This document shows positions 9,500-18,532 of a stretch of DNA of 32,000 bases, piece after piece. Both the position numbers and the translations under genes were made by a program. The DNA lies in NCBI GenBank assembly GCA_019873725.1, contig JAIOAS010000010.1, positions 7,214 to 39,213 of the forward strand, in the 5' to 3' direction. The first letter of the stretch is position 1; each line of letters opens with the position of its first letter. The notes below the pieces were generated by a model. It ran no database searches. It worked only from the letters and a program-made list of their open reading frames with translations, and was not told where the DNA came from. The DNA comes from Chloroflexota bacterium. Lineage in GTDB: Bacteria; Chloroflexota; Anaerolineae; B4-G1; SLSP01.

Positions 9500-12400
9500 T
9501 TTTCCTCCGCGTCCAGTTGAATCACATCCAGCCCCACCGTGGTGAGCACTTCGTGAATGTTGCGGAAGGCGTCGCTGTTGATGGGCAAACCGGCGGGGAA
9601 GTGGAGAACCACCGTCACCGTCATCGTGAATTTGTCGGCGAGCTTTGCCAGGTCGTCGGTGGCGGCCTTGAGCTGCCGGTAGCGTTCCCAGGCCAGGTCT
9701 ACGCTGAAGGTGGCGGATTCGTCATCCCCAAATTCGGCGGCGGAGCGCAGTTGCACCCGCGCCACGGGCGCGTTCAATTGAGGGATGACGACGCCCACCG
9801 TGCGCAACGCCCGTGCGCCGGCCTGTCCCTGCCCTTGCAGCGCGATGCGGAGCGTCTGAATATGGGTGATCTGCCGATCGTGAAAAACATCGGACAACTG
9901 CTGGAACGCTTGCTGCGGAACGCCCGCGCCGCGCAATGGCTTCGGCGGGGGCGGCGGAGGCGTGATGTCGTCCCTGCACGTACAGCGGGATTGCGGCTGC
10001 CCGCACACCGGGCACAGTTCCTCCCGCGGCGGCGTGACGCCCTCCTTCCCCTTGATCGGCAGTCCCAGCCGCGCGGCCTCGGCGGGCAAATACAAATACG
10101 CCTCATCGGAGATTTGCACCGCCGGCGGCACGGATTCGTGATCGTAGCCCATCTCAGCGCGCGCGTCGTAATAAATCCACACCTGCATCTTGATCCCGTT
10201 GAGGATCGTTTTCTTGAGCTGGTTGACATCGAACAACAGCGGGAGGCTCAACCGGCGGGCAAAGGCTTTGCGCAAATCCTCCGTCGTCATCTGCACAAGA
10301 TTGGCGTCCCACGCCCGCGACTTCACATAAGCGGCAGCCAGCATCGGCTCGTTGCCGGTAAGCGCCTTCTGCTGCTGGCGCAGGACCCGCAGCACGACTT
10401 CGGATTGATCCCTTTGCACCTCGCCCTGATCCTGAGCAGGCAGCATCTCGTGCATCAAATACCCGTCGCGCTGCAATGCCTCGGCCTGGGGAAAGTAAAG
10501 ATGCCGGTAGACTTTGGTAATGCCCACCCGCACGTCCAACTCTGCGCTTTCGCCGAGCTTCTTGATCTTTTTGCGCTGTTCCTCGGTGAACTCCTGCATC
10601 CGCTGCGCGTCGCCCGTGATCCGGTTGATGCCCAGGTAGCGGCGCACGGTCTCGACCAACTCGTCAACGCGCTCGCCATCGGCGACCAGAAACAGCACAT
10701 TGTTGGGGAAGCGGCGAAAACCCTCCAACGCCCCTGTGCGCGTCGCCAGTTTGCGCGCCAACTCCGGCGGCTGCGGCGCAGTCGCCGTCGCGGAAGCGGC
10801 ATCGTAGTGGAGCACCGCCAGCTTGGGCGCATCGGCGTCATCGTCCACGTCATCGGCTTCCTGCGGGAAGTAGACGACCTTGAACACGCCGCTCTTCCAC
10901 ACCCTGCGGATGCGGGCATCCAACTCTGCCTTAGCCGTCGTCAGCCCCACCAGTTGCATCTCATCGTTGATGATTTTGTTGATCGAAGGTTCCGGCTTGA
11001 AACGATAGCGCAGCCCGTCCCACTCGAAGAACCAGCCCTTGTCGTAGAGCCGTTCCGCCGCTTTGTGGACCAACGCCGGTTCATCGCCCGGCGCCAGCGC
11101 GCCCAACAGCAGTTCGGGCGGCGCGATGCCGGAAATCGCCCCCTGCACCAGGCTGTGCAGGAAAACGGTGGTTGCCACGCGCCGGGCATAGCGTGGTTTG
11201 CCGGTCATCACCCACGTGCCATCAATCTGATAAGCGTGGCCCGGTGCAGCGCCCTTGGGACTGACAATATCGGCTTCGATCACCTGCTGGAAGGCCGGAC
11301 GCTCCAGGCGACTGGTGAGGTCTTTGGCGATCTCTGGGTGGCGCAAATCCACGTGATACGGCGCGATACACCAGGCATCCGCCGGGCGCTCCTCCCAGAC
11401 CCGGCGCACCACCAACGCGAGCAGGCGCAGCGCGCCGCGCGTCTTCTGGAAATTGGGGATCGTCGCCACCCGCAATGTGAGCGCATTGAGCAGTTCCGGG
11501 TGAAACGGATAGGCCGTCGCCAGCGCCTGGGCGTATTCCGCCGTCAGTGCCTGGGTGGGCAAGGCCACGTTCTGCGCGTGCCAGCGGCGGTAAGCCTCGG
11601 TGTACGCCTGCGCCGTCTCGGCGGCAGCCTGGGCGTCAATGGTCGCAAACAAGCGGTGGCGCACAATCGCGGCGATTTCCGTTTCGCCGGTGGGGGTGAT
11701 GACCCGCTCCTGCCGCGCCGAGACTTTATAGGCTTCGGCCAGGTGCGCGCGCAGTTGGTCGGTCTCCTTCGCAAAAGCATCTTCCGCCCCGGCCAGCGTC
11801 AGCACCACGACGACGTTGGCGCGGCTGGCGGCGAACTCCAACAGCGACATCAAAAAGGCCACCGTCTGCTCGGCCAGGTCCGATTTGCCGGTGGCGGTGG
11901 GCACGGATTGGGCCGCGCGCATGTGCCGGGCCAATTCGTCCAACATCATCAGCGTGGGCCGCTCGCCGACCAGTTCGGCAAACAGGCCGGTGCCGGGCGC
12001 GGAGCGGTGATGATCGCTCTCCTGCGCCAGCGCGTAGCCGGTCGGCCCGCCGAGCTGGTAGGCCAGCTCGCCCCACAGGGTAAACGTGCGCAGATTGTCC
12101 GCCGCGTGATACAGCCCCGTAGCAGGGTCCAGGTCTGACCCCACCACCCCGGCGATGCGCACCTGACCGGGGGCGGGCAACAGGGTCGGCTCCACCACCC
12201 GGGCGATGAGCGCCGCAGGCAGGGCTTCACCGCGCGCCGCGTGATACAGCGCGATGAGGTTATGGGTTTTGCCGCCGCCGAAAGCCGTTTCCAGCCGCAG
12301 AATGGGGCTGCTGGCGGGGCGCGCGCCGGTCAGGCGACCGAGTGCCTCGGTCAACAACAGGCGCAGACCGGCGGTGGGGTACGTGTTCTCGAAGAACGTT

Positions 12401-12531
12401 GTGGGATTCTGGTACACCGGCGCAGCCGTACCATCCAGCACATCCTTGAGCCGGGCGGCGAAGATGTCTTCGGTCAGTTGCCCTTGCAGGACTTCGGGCC
12501 GCGGCGTGCAGGTATCGAAAACGAGTTGCAT
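9496..12531 (-). CDS. DUF499-type (COG1483-like) AAA+ ATPase
   Basis: MQLVFDTCTPRPEVLQGQLTEDIFAARLKDVLDG...YQNPTTFFENTYPTAGLRLLLTEALGRL...RLETAFGGGKTHNLIALYHAAR is the diagnostic DUF499 N-terminus with a GGGKTH P-loop; GERPTLMMLDELARHM. Start trimmed from 12582 to the Met behind GGAGGTGGT. Confidence 0.92.
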
Positions 12532-12625
12532 ACCACCTCCTGTAGCCTGAAAATGGAACGTGATACGTTTACAGTTTATCATCTTTTAAGGAAGGATGCA
12601 AATGAGTCTACTGAAAAAACTATTC

Positions 12626-12751
12626 ACCACAGAGACACAGAGGTCACGGAGTTTTTAACTATATTTTGATAAGTTGATATTGGTAATCAGAAAATCAATT
12701 TTATTCAAGATAAAAATAAGGATTCTTCTGTGTCCTCCGTGCCTCTGTGGT
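12626..12751. repeat. Intergenic inverted repeat with ACCACAGAG...CTCTGTGGT arms
   Basis: Left arm accacagagacacagaggtcacggag (12626-12651), right arm ctccgtgcctctgtggt (12735-12751); AT-rich interior. Confidence 0.75.
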
Positions 12752-12919
12752 AAATTCCTCTTTTTGCAGTAGAGTCATGCAAATGTAATTATCCTCTCGA
12801 CTCTGCCACATGAAACCCAAATCATCAAAAATGGTCACTTGAAAACAACTAAAGCAATTCCAAAGCTCCATTCTCACTCAAAAAGTAAAAGTCAACGTTC
12901 CTTGTTTGTCCTGTTCATC

Positions 12920-13471
12920 TCATCTTCGTCCACAACACTGCTTGTATTTCCTGCCGCTGCCACAGGGACACGGATCGTTGCGGCCCACCGGCGGCGCGCT
13001 CGGACTGCGGAGATTGTCCCCGCTATCAATGGCACGCCGGGACTCAAGTGAGGCTTCCGGCTCACTGCCGATGGCTTCTTGCAGTTCTTGATACGCCGGG
13101 TGTTTGGGATTGGCTGTCACCTTTTTGACGATGTGATAGTGCCGTTCCAGGCGCGCCAGATAACGCCGGTCAGACAGCACGACCTCGGACACCAGCTTCA
13201 ACAATGCCGGCGCATAACGACTTTGCTCGTTGAGTGGATCCAGGAACGGCCCGGCCTCCAGGTCGTCGCGATCAAAGCCGTAGCTGATGGCGGCCAGGAA
13301 ACGTGCTGGATGCCGTTCTTCGGCCACATTGAGCATCACGCGGCGACAGTCGCACGCCGGAGCGGGACAATAGAATTCGAGCAGGCCGTAATTGCCCGGT
13401 GGAATGTCGTTTCGCCGTTGGAGAATCATGATCGAGCGCGTTTCCCGCTCGGCCAATTCAGGTGCAACCAT
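12920..13471 (-). CDS. SEC-C metal-binding motif protein
   Basis: C-terminal PVGRNDPCPCGSGRKYKQCCGRR is a canonical SEC-C motif. Start chosen at MVAPELAERETR; the ORF extends upstream to 13576. Confidence 0.8.
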   Translation of the reverse strand: MVAPELAERETRSIMILQRRNDIPPGNYGLLEFYCPAPACDCRRVMLNVAEERHPARFLAAISYGFDRDDLEAGPFLDPLNEQSRYAPALLKLVSEVVLSDRRYLARLERHYHIVKKVTANPKHPAYQELQEAIGSEPEASLESRRAIDSGDNLRSPSAPPVGRNDPCPCGSGRKYKQCCGRR

Positions 13472-13654
13472 AAAAAATGGGTAACGATTCAGGGGTAGGG
13501 TTGCCAACAACGAATGGGATAACGAATGAACGAATTTGGGCCTCGATGGAATGAAAAACTTGCGTACAGCAAGCATCCATTTGTTTATTCGTTCCCCAAT
13601 TCGTTGTCGACGACCATGCCTGAACAGCTACGCCCGAATATTGAACTTTCTGTA

Positions 13655-13683
13655 TTGACAGAAAATTCATAACGTGATAAAAT
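13655..13683 (+). promoter_or_regulatory. Candidate sigma70-type promoter for the P-type ATPase gene
   Basis: TTGACA (13655-13660), 17-nt spacer, TAAAAT (13678-13683). Confidence 0.5.
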
Positions 13684-13739
13684 AAACTTGTGTTTAGAAA
13701 TACGGGTGCAGTCCCCTGTAGGACACAAAGGAGATAGCC

Positions 13740-16208
13740 TTGTCATTTACATCCACATTCCAGGGTCTCACGATTGCAGAGGTCGAACAACGTCGCCGTG
13801 AGTACGGTGAAAACGCTCTACCCTCGGCCAAGAAAACGTCGGCCTGGGGGATTTTCTTCAATCAATTCAAAAATCCGCTGGTCTACATCATCCTCACCGC
13901 GGCTGCCATTTCCCTGGCGGTAGGTGAGTACGGTGATTTTGGGATCATCATGGTGGTCGTCCTGCTGGATGCTATCCTGGGCTTCATCCAGGAGTACCAG
14001 GCGCAGCGTACCTACACGGCGCTCAAGGAGTTGTTCAAACCCACCACCACCGTCATTCGTGATGGCGTGCGGCAGGAGGTCGAAGTCCGCGAGCTGGTAC
14101 CCGACGACATTGTCCTGCTCAATACCGGAGAACGCATCCCTGGCGATGGCGAAATCCTCGAGGCGCTCAAGCTAACCGTCGAAGAAGCCATCCTCACCGG
14201 CGAAAGCGAGCCGGTCGGCAAGACCACTGAGGTTGATCACAACCGGGTCTTTATGGGTACCACCGTCCTCACCGGGCGCGGACTGATGCGCGTCAATACC
14301 ACCGGCGCGCACACTGAGTTGGGACGCATCGCCACCAGCCTGCACGAAGAAATCGAGGATAAAACGCCGCTCCAGGTGCGTTTGGAAGCCTTCAGCCATA
14401 CCCTCACCCGATTGGTATTGGCGATCACCGCAGCTATCTTCGTCATGGGCTTGATCTCTGGACGCCATGTTCTCGAAATGCTGCGCGTGTCCATCATCCT
14501 GGCGATTGCCGCCGTGCCGGAGGGGCTGCTCATCGCTGTGACCGTCATCCTGGTGTTGGGGATGCGCAAGATTCTCAAACGCAACGGGCTGGTGAAGCGC
14601 TTGCTGGCAGTGGAAACGCTCGGTTCGGTGACCACCATCTGCACCGACAAGACCGGCACGCTCACCGAGGGTCGTATGCAGGTAACTCGTCAGGAGGTCC
14701 GCGAGGCGCAACGCGCCCTGGAAGTGATGGTGTATTGTAACGACCTGGAAGGGCCAGTGGATGCTGCATTGTGGGAATACGCTCGCACCCAACTCAAGGG
14801 CGACCCGCAAGAGATGGCCAATGGCGCGGAACGGCTGGGCGAAGAATTGTTCAGCAGCGAGACCAAGTTCATGATCGCCGCCGCGCGCGTCGCCGGGCAA
14901 ACGTTCCACTACCTCAAGGGCGCGCCGGAGATTGTGTTGGGGATGTGCGCTGTGGATGATCAAGAACAAGGCCGCATTCTGGCAGAAGTGGAACAGTGGG
15001 CCGGCGAAGGATTACGACTGCTTGGATTAGCCTACCGTCCGGACGGTCTGCTCGGCGATCACAGCGGCTACACCTGGGTGGGCCTGGTGGCGATGGAAGA
15101 CCCCATCCGCGAGGGTGTGCGCGAAGCCATCCAGGTCGCGCGGCGCGCCGGCATTCAGGTGAAAATGATCACCGGCGACTACCGCAAGACCGCCGAACGC
15201 ATCGCAGCGATGATCGGCCTGGCAACTCGCACCAACCAGGTTATCGATGGCGAAGAACTGGGACAACTCAGCGACGAGGCGTTGACCCAACGCGTGCAAG
15301 AGATCACCGTTTTCGCCCGCATCCGCCCGCAGGATAAGCTGCGCATCGTGCGCGCCCTGCAAGCGCGCGGCGAGATCACGGCCATGATCGGCGACGGCGT
15401 CAACGACGCACCGGCGCTCAAACGCGCCAACATCGGCGTGGTGGTCGGTGCAGCGACCGATGTCGCCAAAGAAACCGCCGACCTGATTCTGCTGGACAAC
15501 AACTTTAAGACCGTAGTGGCGGCTATCGAAGAAGGGCGCGTCATCTTCGAGAACATCCGCAAGGTGGTGGCCTACACGCTTTCCAACTCGTTCGCCGAGG
15601 TGCTGCTGGTCTTCGGGGCAATGCTGCTCGGCTGGCCCGCGCCGCTGTTGGTAGCACAAATCCTGTGGATTCATCTGATTTGCGACGGCCCTTCTGACAT
15701 CGTGCTGGGCTTCGAGCCGAAGGAAAACGGGATCATGGAAGAACCGCCCAAGCCGCTGAACGAGCCGGTCTTGAACACGTTGGGATTGTCGCTCATCGCC
15801 ATCATCAGCACAGCCAGCGCGGCGGTGGGGTTGATCCTGTTCGGCCACTACTTCTTACAGCACAACGATCCGACGGATGGGCGCAGCCTCATCTTTGCCA
15901 GTTTTGCGCTCAACTCGCTGATCTACATCTTCGCCTATCGCAGTCTGCGCCGTTCCATCTTCCAGATGAACCCGCTGCGCGTGAACAAACCGCTGATTTG
16001 GGCAGTGACCTCCGGGTTGATCCTGGTCTTGCTGCCTTTCTTTGTGCCCGGCCTGCGCCAGATGCTGGACATCGTCCCCTTGCACGTGGAAGATTGGCTG
16101 TTGGTCGGGGGCGTGGCGCTCAGCTTGTTGTGTGTTGTCGAGATCGGCAAATGGTTTACTCATCTGCGCCGCCAGCGTATGACAGTGTCAAATTCACACC
16201 CGCTATAG
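13740..16208 (+). CDS. HAD-type P-type cation-transporting ATPase
   Basis: TTG start with GGAGA upstream. VEEAILTGESEPVGK, AAVPEGLLIAVTVILVLGMRKILKR, TTICTDKTGTLTEG (phosphorylated Asp), MIGDGVNDAPALKRANIGV. Resembles type II (Ca/Na/K-like) pumps; ion not assignable. Confidence 0.95.
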   Translation: MSFTSTFQGLTIAEVEQRRREYGENALPSAKKTSAWGIFFNQFKNPLVYIILTAAAISLAVGEYGDFGIIMVVVLLDAILGFIQEYQAQRTYTALKELFKPTTTVIRDGVRQEVEVRELVPDDIVLLNTGERIPGDGEILEALKLTVEEAILTGESEPVGKTTEVDHNRVFMGTTVLTGRGLMRVNTTGAHTELGRIATSLHEEIEDKTPLQVRLEAFSHTLTRLVLAITAAIFVMGLISGRHVLEMLRVSIILAIAAVPEGLLIAVTVILVLGMRKILKRNGLVKRLLAVETLGSVTTICTDKTGTLTEGRMQVTRQEVREAQRALEVMVYCNDLEGPVDAALWEYARTQLKGDPQEMANGAERLGEELFSSETKFMIAAARVAGQTFHYLKGAPEIVLGMCAVDDQEQGRILAEVEQWAGEGLRLLGLAYRPDGLLGDHSGYTWVGLVAMEDPIREGVREAIQVARRAGIQVKMITGDYRKTAERIAAMIGLATRTNQVIDGEELGQLSDEALTQRVQEITVFARIRPQDKLRIVRALQARGEITAMIGDGVNDAPALKRANIGVVVGAATDVAKETADLILLDNNFKTVVAAIEEGRVIFENIRKVVAYTLSNSFAEVLLVFGAMLLGWPAPLLVAQILWIHLICDGPSDIVLGFEPKENGIMEEPPKPLNEPVLNTLGLSLIAIISTASAAVGLILFGHYFLQHNDPTDGRSLIFASFALNSLIYIFAYRSLRRSIFQMNPLRVNKPLIWAVTSGLILVLLPFFVPGLRQMLDIVPLHVEDWLLVGGVALSLLCVVEIGKWFTHLRRQRMTVSNSHPL

Positions 16209-16223
16209 GAAAGGATCAGTAAA

Positions 16224-16706
16224 ATGCCCGAACGTTACTACGAACAAAAGCACTTTGTCGAAGACATCAGCCTGTATTTCGAGCAGATGGGCATCCCGCG
16301 CATGGCCGGGCGCATCCTGGGGGTGTTGTTGATTGCGAACCCGCCGGAGCAATCCATGACCGATCTGTGCGAGACGTTACAGGCCAGCAAGAGCGCCATC
16401 AGCACCAACACACGGTTGTTGAGCGAGATGGGGCTGATCGAGCGCGCCCCTTCGCCGGAACCGCGCCAGGTCTACTTTCGTTTTGCGCCCGGCGGTTGGG
16501 TCACGTTTATGCGCATGTATCTGCGGATGATGGCTTCGCTGCACCAAATCGCCGAGCGCGGTCTGGAACTGCTCAAGGATGAAGACCCCGCGCTGCGCGA
16601 GCGGCTCCAGGAAGCGCACGACATGTTCTCGCTCATCGAAGATCAATTGCCGGCTCTGCTCAAACGCATCGAGACCCAGCGGGGCATTGGCACGAATGGA
16701 GGATAA
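16224..16706 (+). CDS. MarR/GbsR-like winged-helix transcriptional regulator
   Basis: YFEQMGIPRMAGRILGVLLIANPPEQSMTDLCETLQASKSAISTNTRLLSEMGLIERAP is a classic GbsR/MarR DNA-binding region. Confidence 0.85.
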   Translation: MPERYYEQKHFVEDISLYFEQMGIPRMAGRILGVLLIANPPEQSMTDLCETLQASKSAISTNTRLLSEMGLIERAPSPEPRQVYFRFAPGGWVTFMRMYLRMMASLHQIAERGLELLKDEDPALRERLQEAHDMFSLIEDQLPALLKRIETQRGIGTNGG

Positions 16707-16711
16707 ACAGG

Positions 16712-17359
16712 ATGAAAAAGCGAAGTATACTGTGGACAATTTTGATGGCTGTCGTCAGCCTGCTGTTCTTCTGGCTCGTGCTACTCAAGCTCATTCTGAA
16801 ATTGAACAAGGGCCGCGGCGAACCGTGTCCCACCTCGTGGAGTTGGATCGTGGATAACCCGCTGCGCCGTTGGGACGTGCGTTACGCACTCGACCGGGCG
16901 GGTTTGCGCTCCGGCGAGACGGTGCTGGAACTCGGCCCCGGGCCGGGGGCATTCACCATAGATGCGGCGCAGCGCGTAGGACCGGAAGGCCGTCTGATCG
17001 CCGTGGACATCCAGCCGGGGATGATCGCACAGGTGGAGGAACGGGTCAAGGCCGCCGGGCTGACGAACGTGGAAACCCACGTCGCCAGCGCCTACGAACT
17101 GCCGCTCCCCGACGCCAGCGTGGATCGTGCCTTCCTCATCACCGTGCTGCCCGAAATCCCCGACCCTGTGCGCGCCCTGCGCGAAATCCATCGCGTGCTC
17201 AAGACAGGCGGCGTCGTCTCGATGACCGAGGAATTCCTCGATCCCGACTATCCGCGCCGCGCGACGACCATGGCCTGGGCCAATGCCGCCGGTTTCGAAC
17301 TGGCGGAGCGTTACGGGAATTGGTGGAACTATACGCTCAACTTCAGGCGGAAACCATAG
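16712..17359 (+). CDS. Membrane-anchored class I SAM-dependent methyltransferase
   Basis: N-terminal TM helix (SILWTILMAVVSLLFFWLVLLKLIL), then VLELGPGPGAFTIDAAQRVGPEGRLIAVDIQPGM and LPDASVDRAFLITVLPEIPDPVRALREIHRVLKTGG. Confidence 0.9.
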   Translation: MKKRSILWTILMAVVSLLFFWLVLLKLILKLNKGRGEPCPTSWSWIVDNPLRRWDVRYALDRAGLRSGETVLELGPGPGAFTIDAAQRVGPEGRLIAVDIQPGMIAQVEERVKAAGLTNVETHVASAYELPLPDASVDRAFLITVLPEIPDPVRALREIHRVLKTGGVVSMTEEFLDPDYPRRATTMAWANAAGFELAERYGNWWNYTLNFRRKP

Positions 17360-17397
17360 ACCTTAAGGAAGCAAGGTCATTCAATCGGGAGGGTGCT

Positions 17398-18222
17398 ATG
17401 TCCGAGACAACTCCACAAACCCTGAGCGGCGTGGCCGAAACGCTGCTCATGACGGTCTACATCCGGGCCATGGAATCGCAGCGACCGGACGCGTTGATCA
17501 AAGACGAGAAAGCCGTGGCGCTGGTCACGAGCATGAGCTACGACTTCGACCGGATCAGACAGCTCAAGATGGACGAGGATGACAAGGTCGGGGTGATCCT
17601 GCGCAACCGCGAATTCGACCGCTACGTGCAGAATTTTCTGGCGCGCAACCCGGAAGCAGTCGTCGTGCACATCGGTTGTGGTCTCGATTCGCGCTTCGAG
17701 CGGGTGGATAACGGCAAAGTCGAATGGTACGACCTTGATCTGCCAGAGGTTATCGCGCAGCGCCGGAAATTCATTGGTGACGAAAAGGAACGTTATCACT
17801 TGCTGGCCGGTTCGGTGTTCGACGCCGCCTGGCTGGACAAGGTCAGTGTGCATCATCAGCGTCCCTTTCTGTTTCTGGCCGAAGGCGTCTTGATGTACTT
17901 CGAGGAAGCCCAGGTCAAGGCGTTGGTGCTGATGCTGCGCGACCACTTTCCCGGCGCGGAGCTGGTCTTCGATGCCTTCTCGCCGTATCTCGTGCGGATG
18001 AACAACCTGCGTATGGCCATCAGCAAATTCGGCGTTCGCTATCATTGGGGACTCCGGCGTGGTCAGGAACTCGAAAAGTGGGGGGATGGCATCCGCCTGC
18101 TCGACGAGTGGGGCTACTTTGACCGGCCCGAGCCACGGCTGGATCACATTCGCTGGATGCGGCACATTCCACTGCTTGCCAGGGTGATGCGTATTTACCA
18201 TTATCGCCTGGGAGAGACATGA
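17398..18222 (+). CDS. LCM/PPM-like (COG3315-type) class I SAM methyltransferase, copy 1
   Basis: VVVHIGCGLDSRFERVDNGKVEWYDLDLPEVIAQRRKF and FLFLAEGVLMYFEEAQVKALVLML. Confidence 0.9.
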   Translation: MSETTPQTLSGVAETLLMTVYIRAMESQRPDALIKDEKAVALVTSMSYDFDRIRQLKMDEDDKVGVILRNREFDRYVQNFLARNPEAVVVHIGCGLDSRFERVDNGKVEWYDLDLPEVIAQRRKFIGDEKERYHLLAGSVFDAAWLDKVSVHHQRPFLFLAEGVLMYFEEAQVKALVLMLRDHFPGAELVFDAFSPYLVRMNNLRMAISKFGVRYHWGLRRGQELEKWGDGIRLLDEWGYFDRPEPRLDHIRWMRHIPLLARVMRIYHYRLGET

Positions 18223-18235
18223 GAGGGAAGATCCA

Positions 18236-18532
18236 ATGTCTAAGCATACTATCCGCAATCTGAACGCAGTCTCCCAGACGCTCCTGATCCCCTTGTATTT
18301 TCGGGCGCTGGCTTTCCATCGCCCCGATGCACTGGTGCGCGATCCCAAGGCAGTGGAACTGGTCGGCCAACTCGACTATGACTTCTCCGCCGTCCAGAAG
18401 CTGAAGAACGATTCGGTCAATTAACGGTACTTCCCATTCCTCGCCAGGATGGTGCGTGTCGTGCATTACCGGCTCGGAAAGACGGCAGAGAGAGAAAGTC
18501 TTTCGTTTCCAGGTGGACAGGAGGTACTATGA
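18236..18532 (+). pseudogene. Internally deleted remnant of a COG3315-type methyltransferase (copy 2)
   Basis: MSKHTIRNLNAVSQTLLIPLYFRALAFHRPDALVRDPKAVELVGQLDYDFSAVQKLKNDSVN, then an in-frame TAA (18422-18424), then RYFPFLARMVRVVHYRLGKTAERE in the same frame. These match the N- and C-termini of the flanking paralogs; the SAM-binding core is missing. Confidence 0.85.

Noticed and set aside
9517-12138. 873-aa plus-strand ORF over the DUF499 gene
   Set aside because: Antisense shadow of a strongly supported gene in GC-rich DNA; His/Arg/Gln-rich with no recognisable domain.
15027-15848. 273-aa minus-strand ORF within the P-type ATPase gene
   Set aside because: Antisense to highly conserved ATPase motifs; no domain pattern.
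16870-18222. Single 450-aa ORF joining the end of one methyltransferase with the next
   Set aside because: Only the portion from ATG 17398 is homologous to the COG3315 family; the upstream part is an out-of-frame reading of the 16712-17359 gene.
17377-18348. 323-aa minus-strand ORF over methyltransferase copy 1
   Set aside because: Mirror frame of the COG3315 gene; similar shadow ORFs appear at the same positions over the paralogs.
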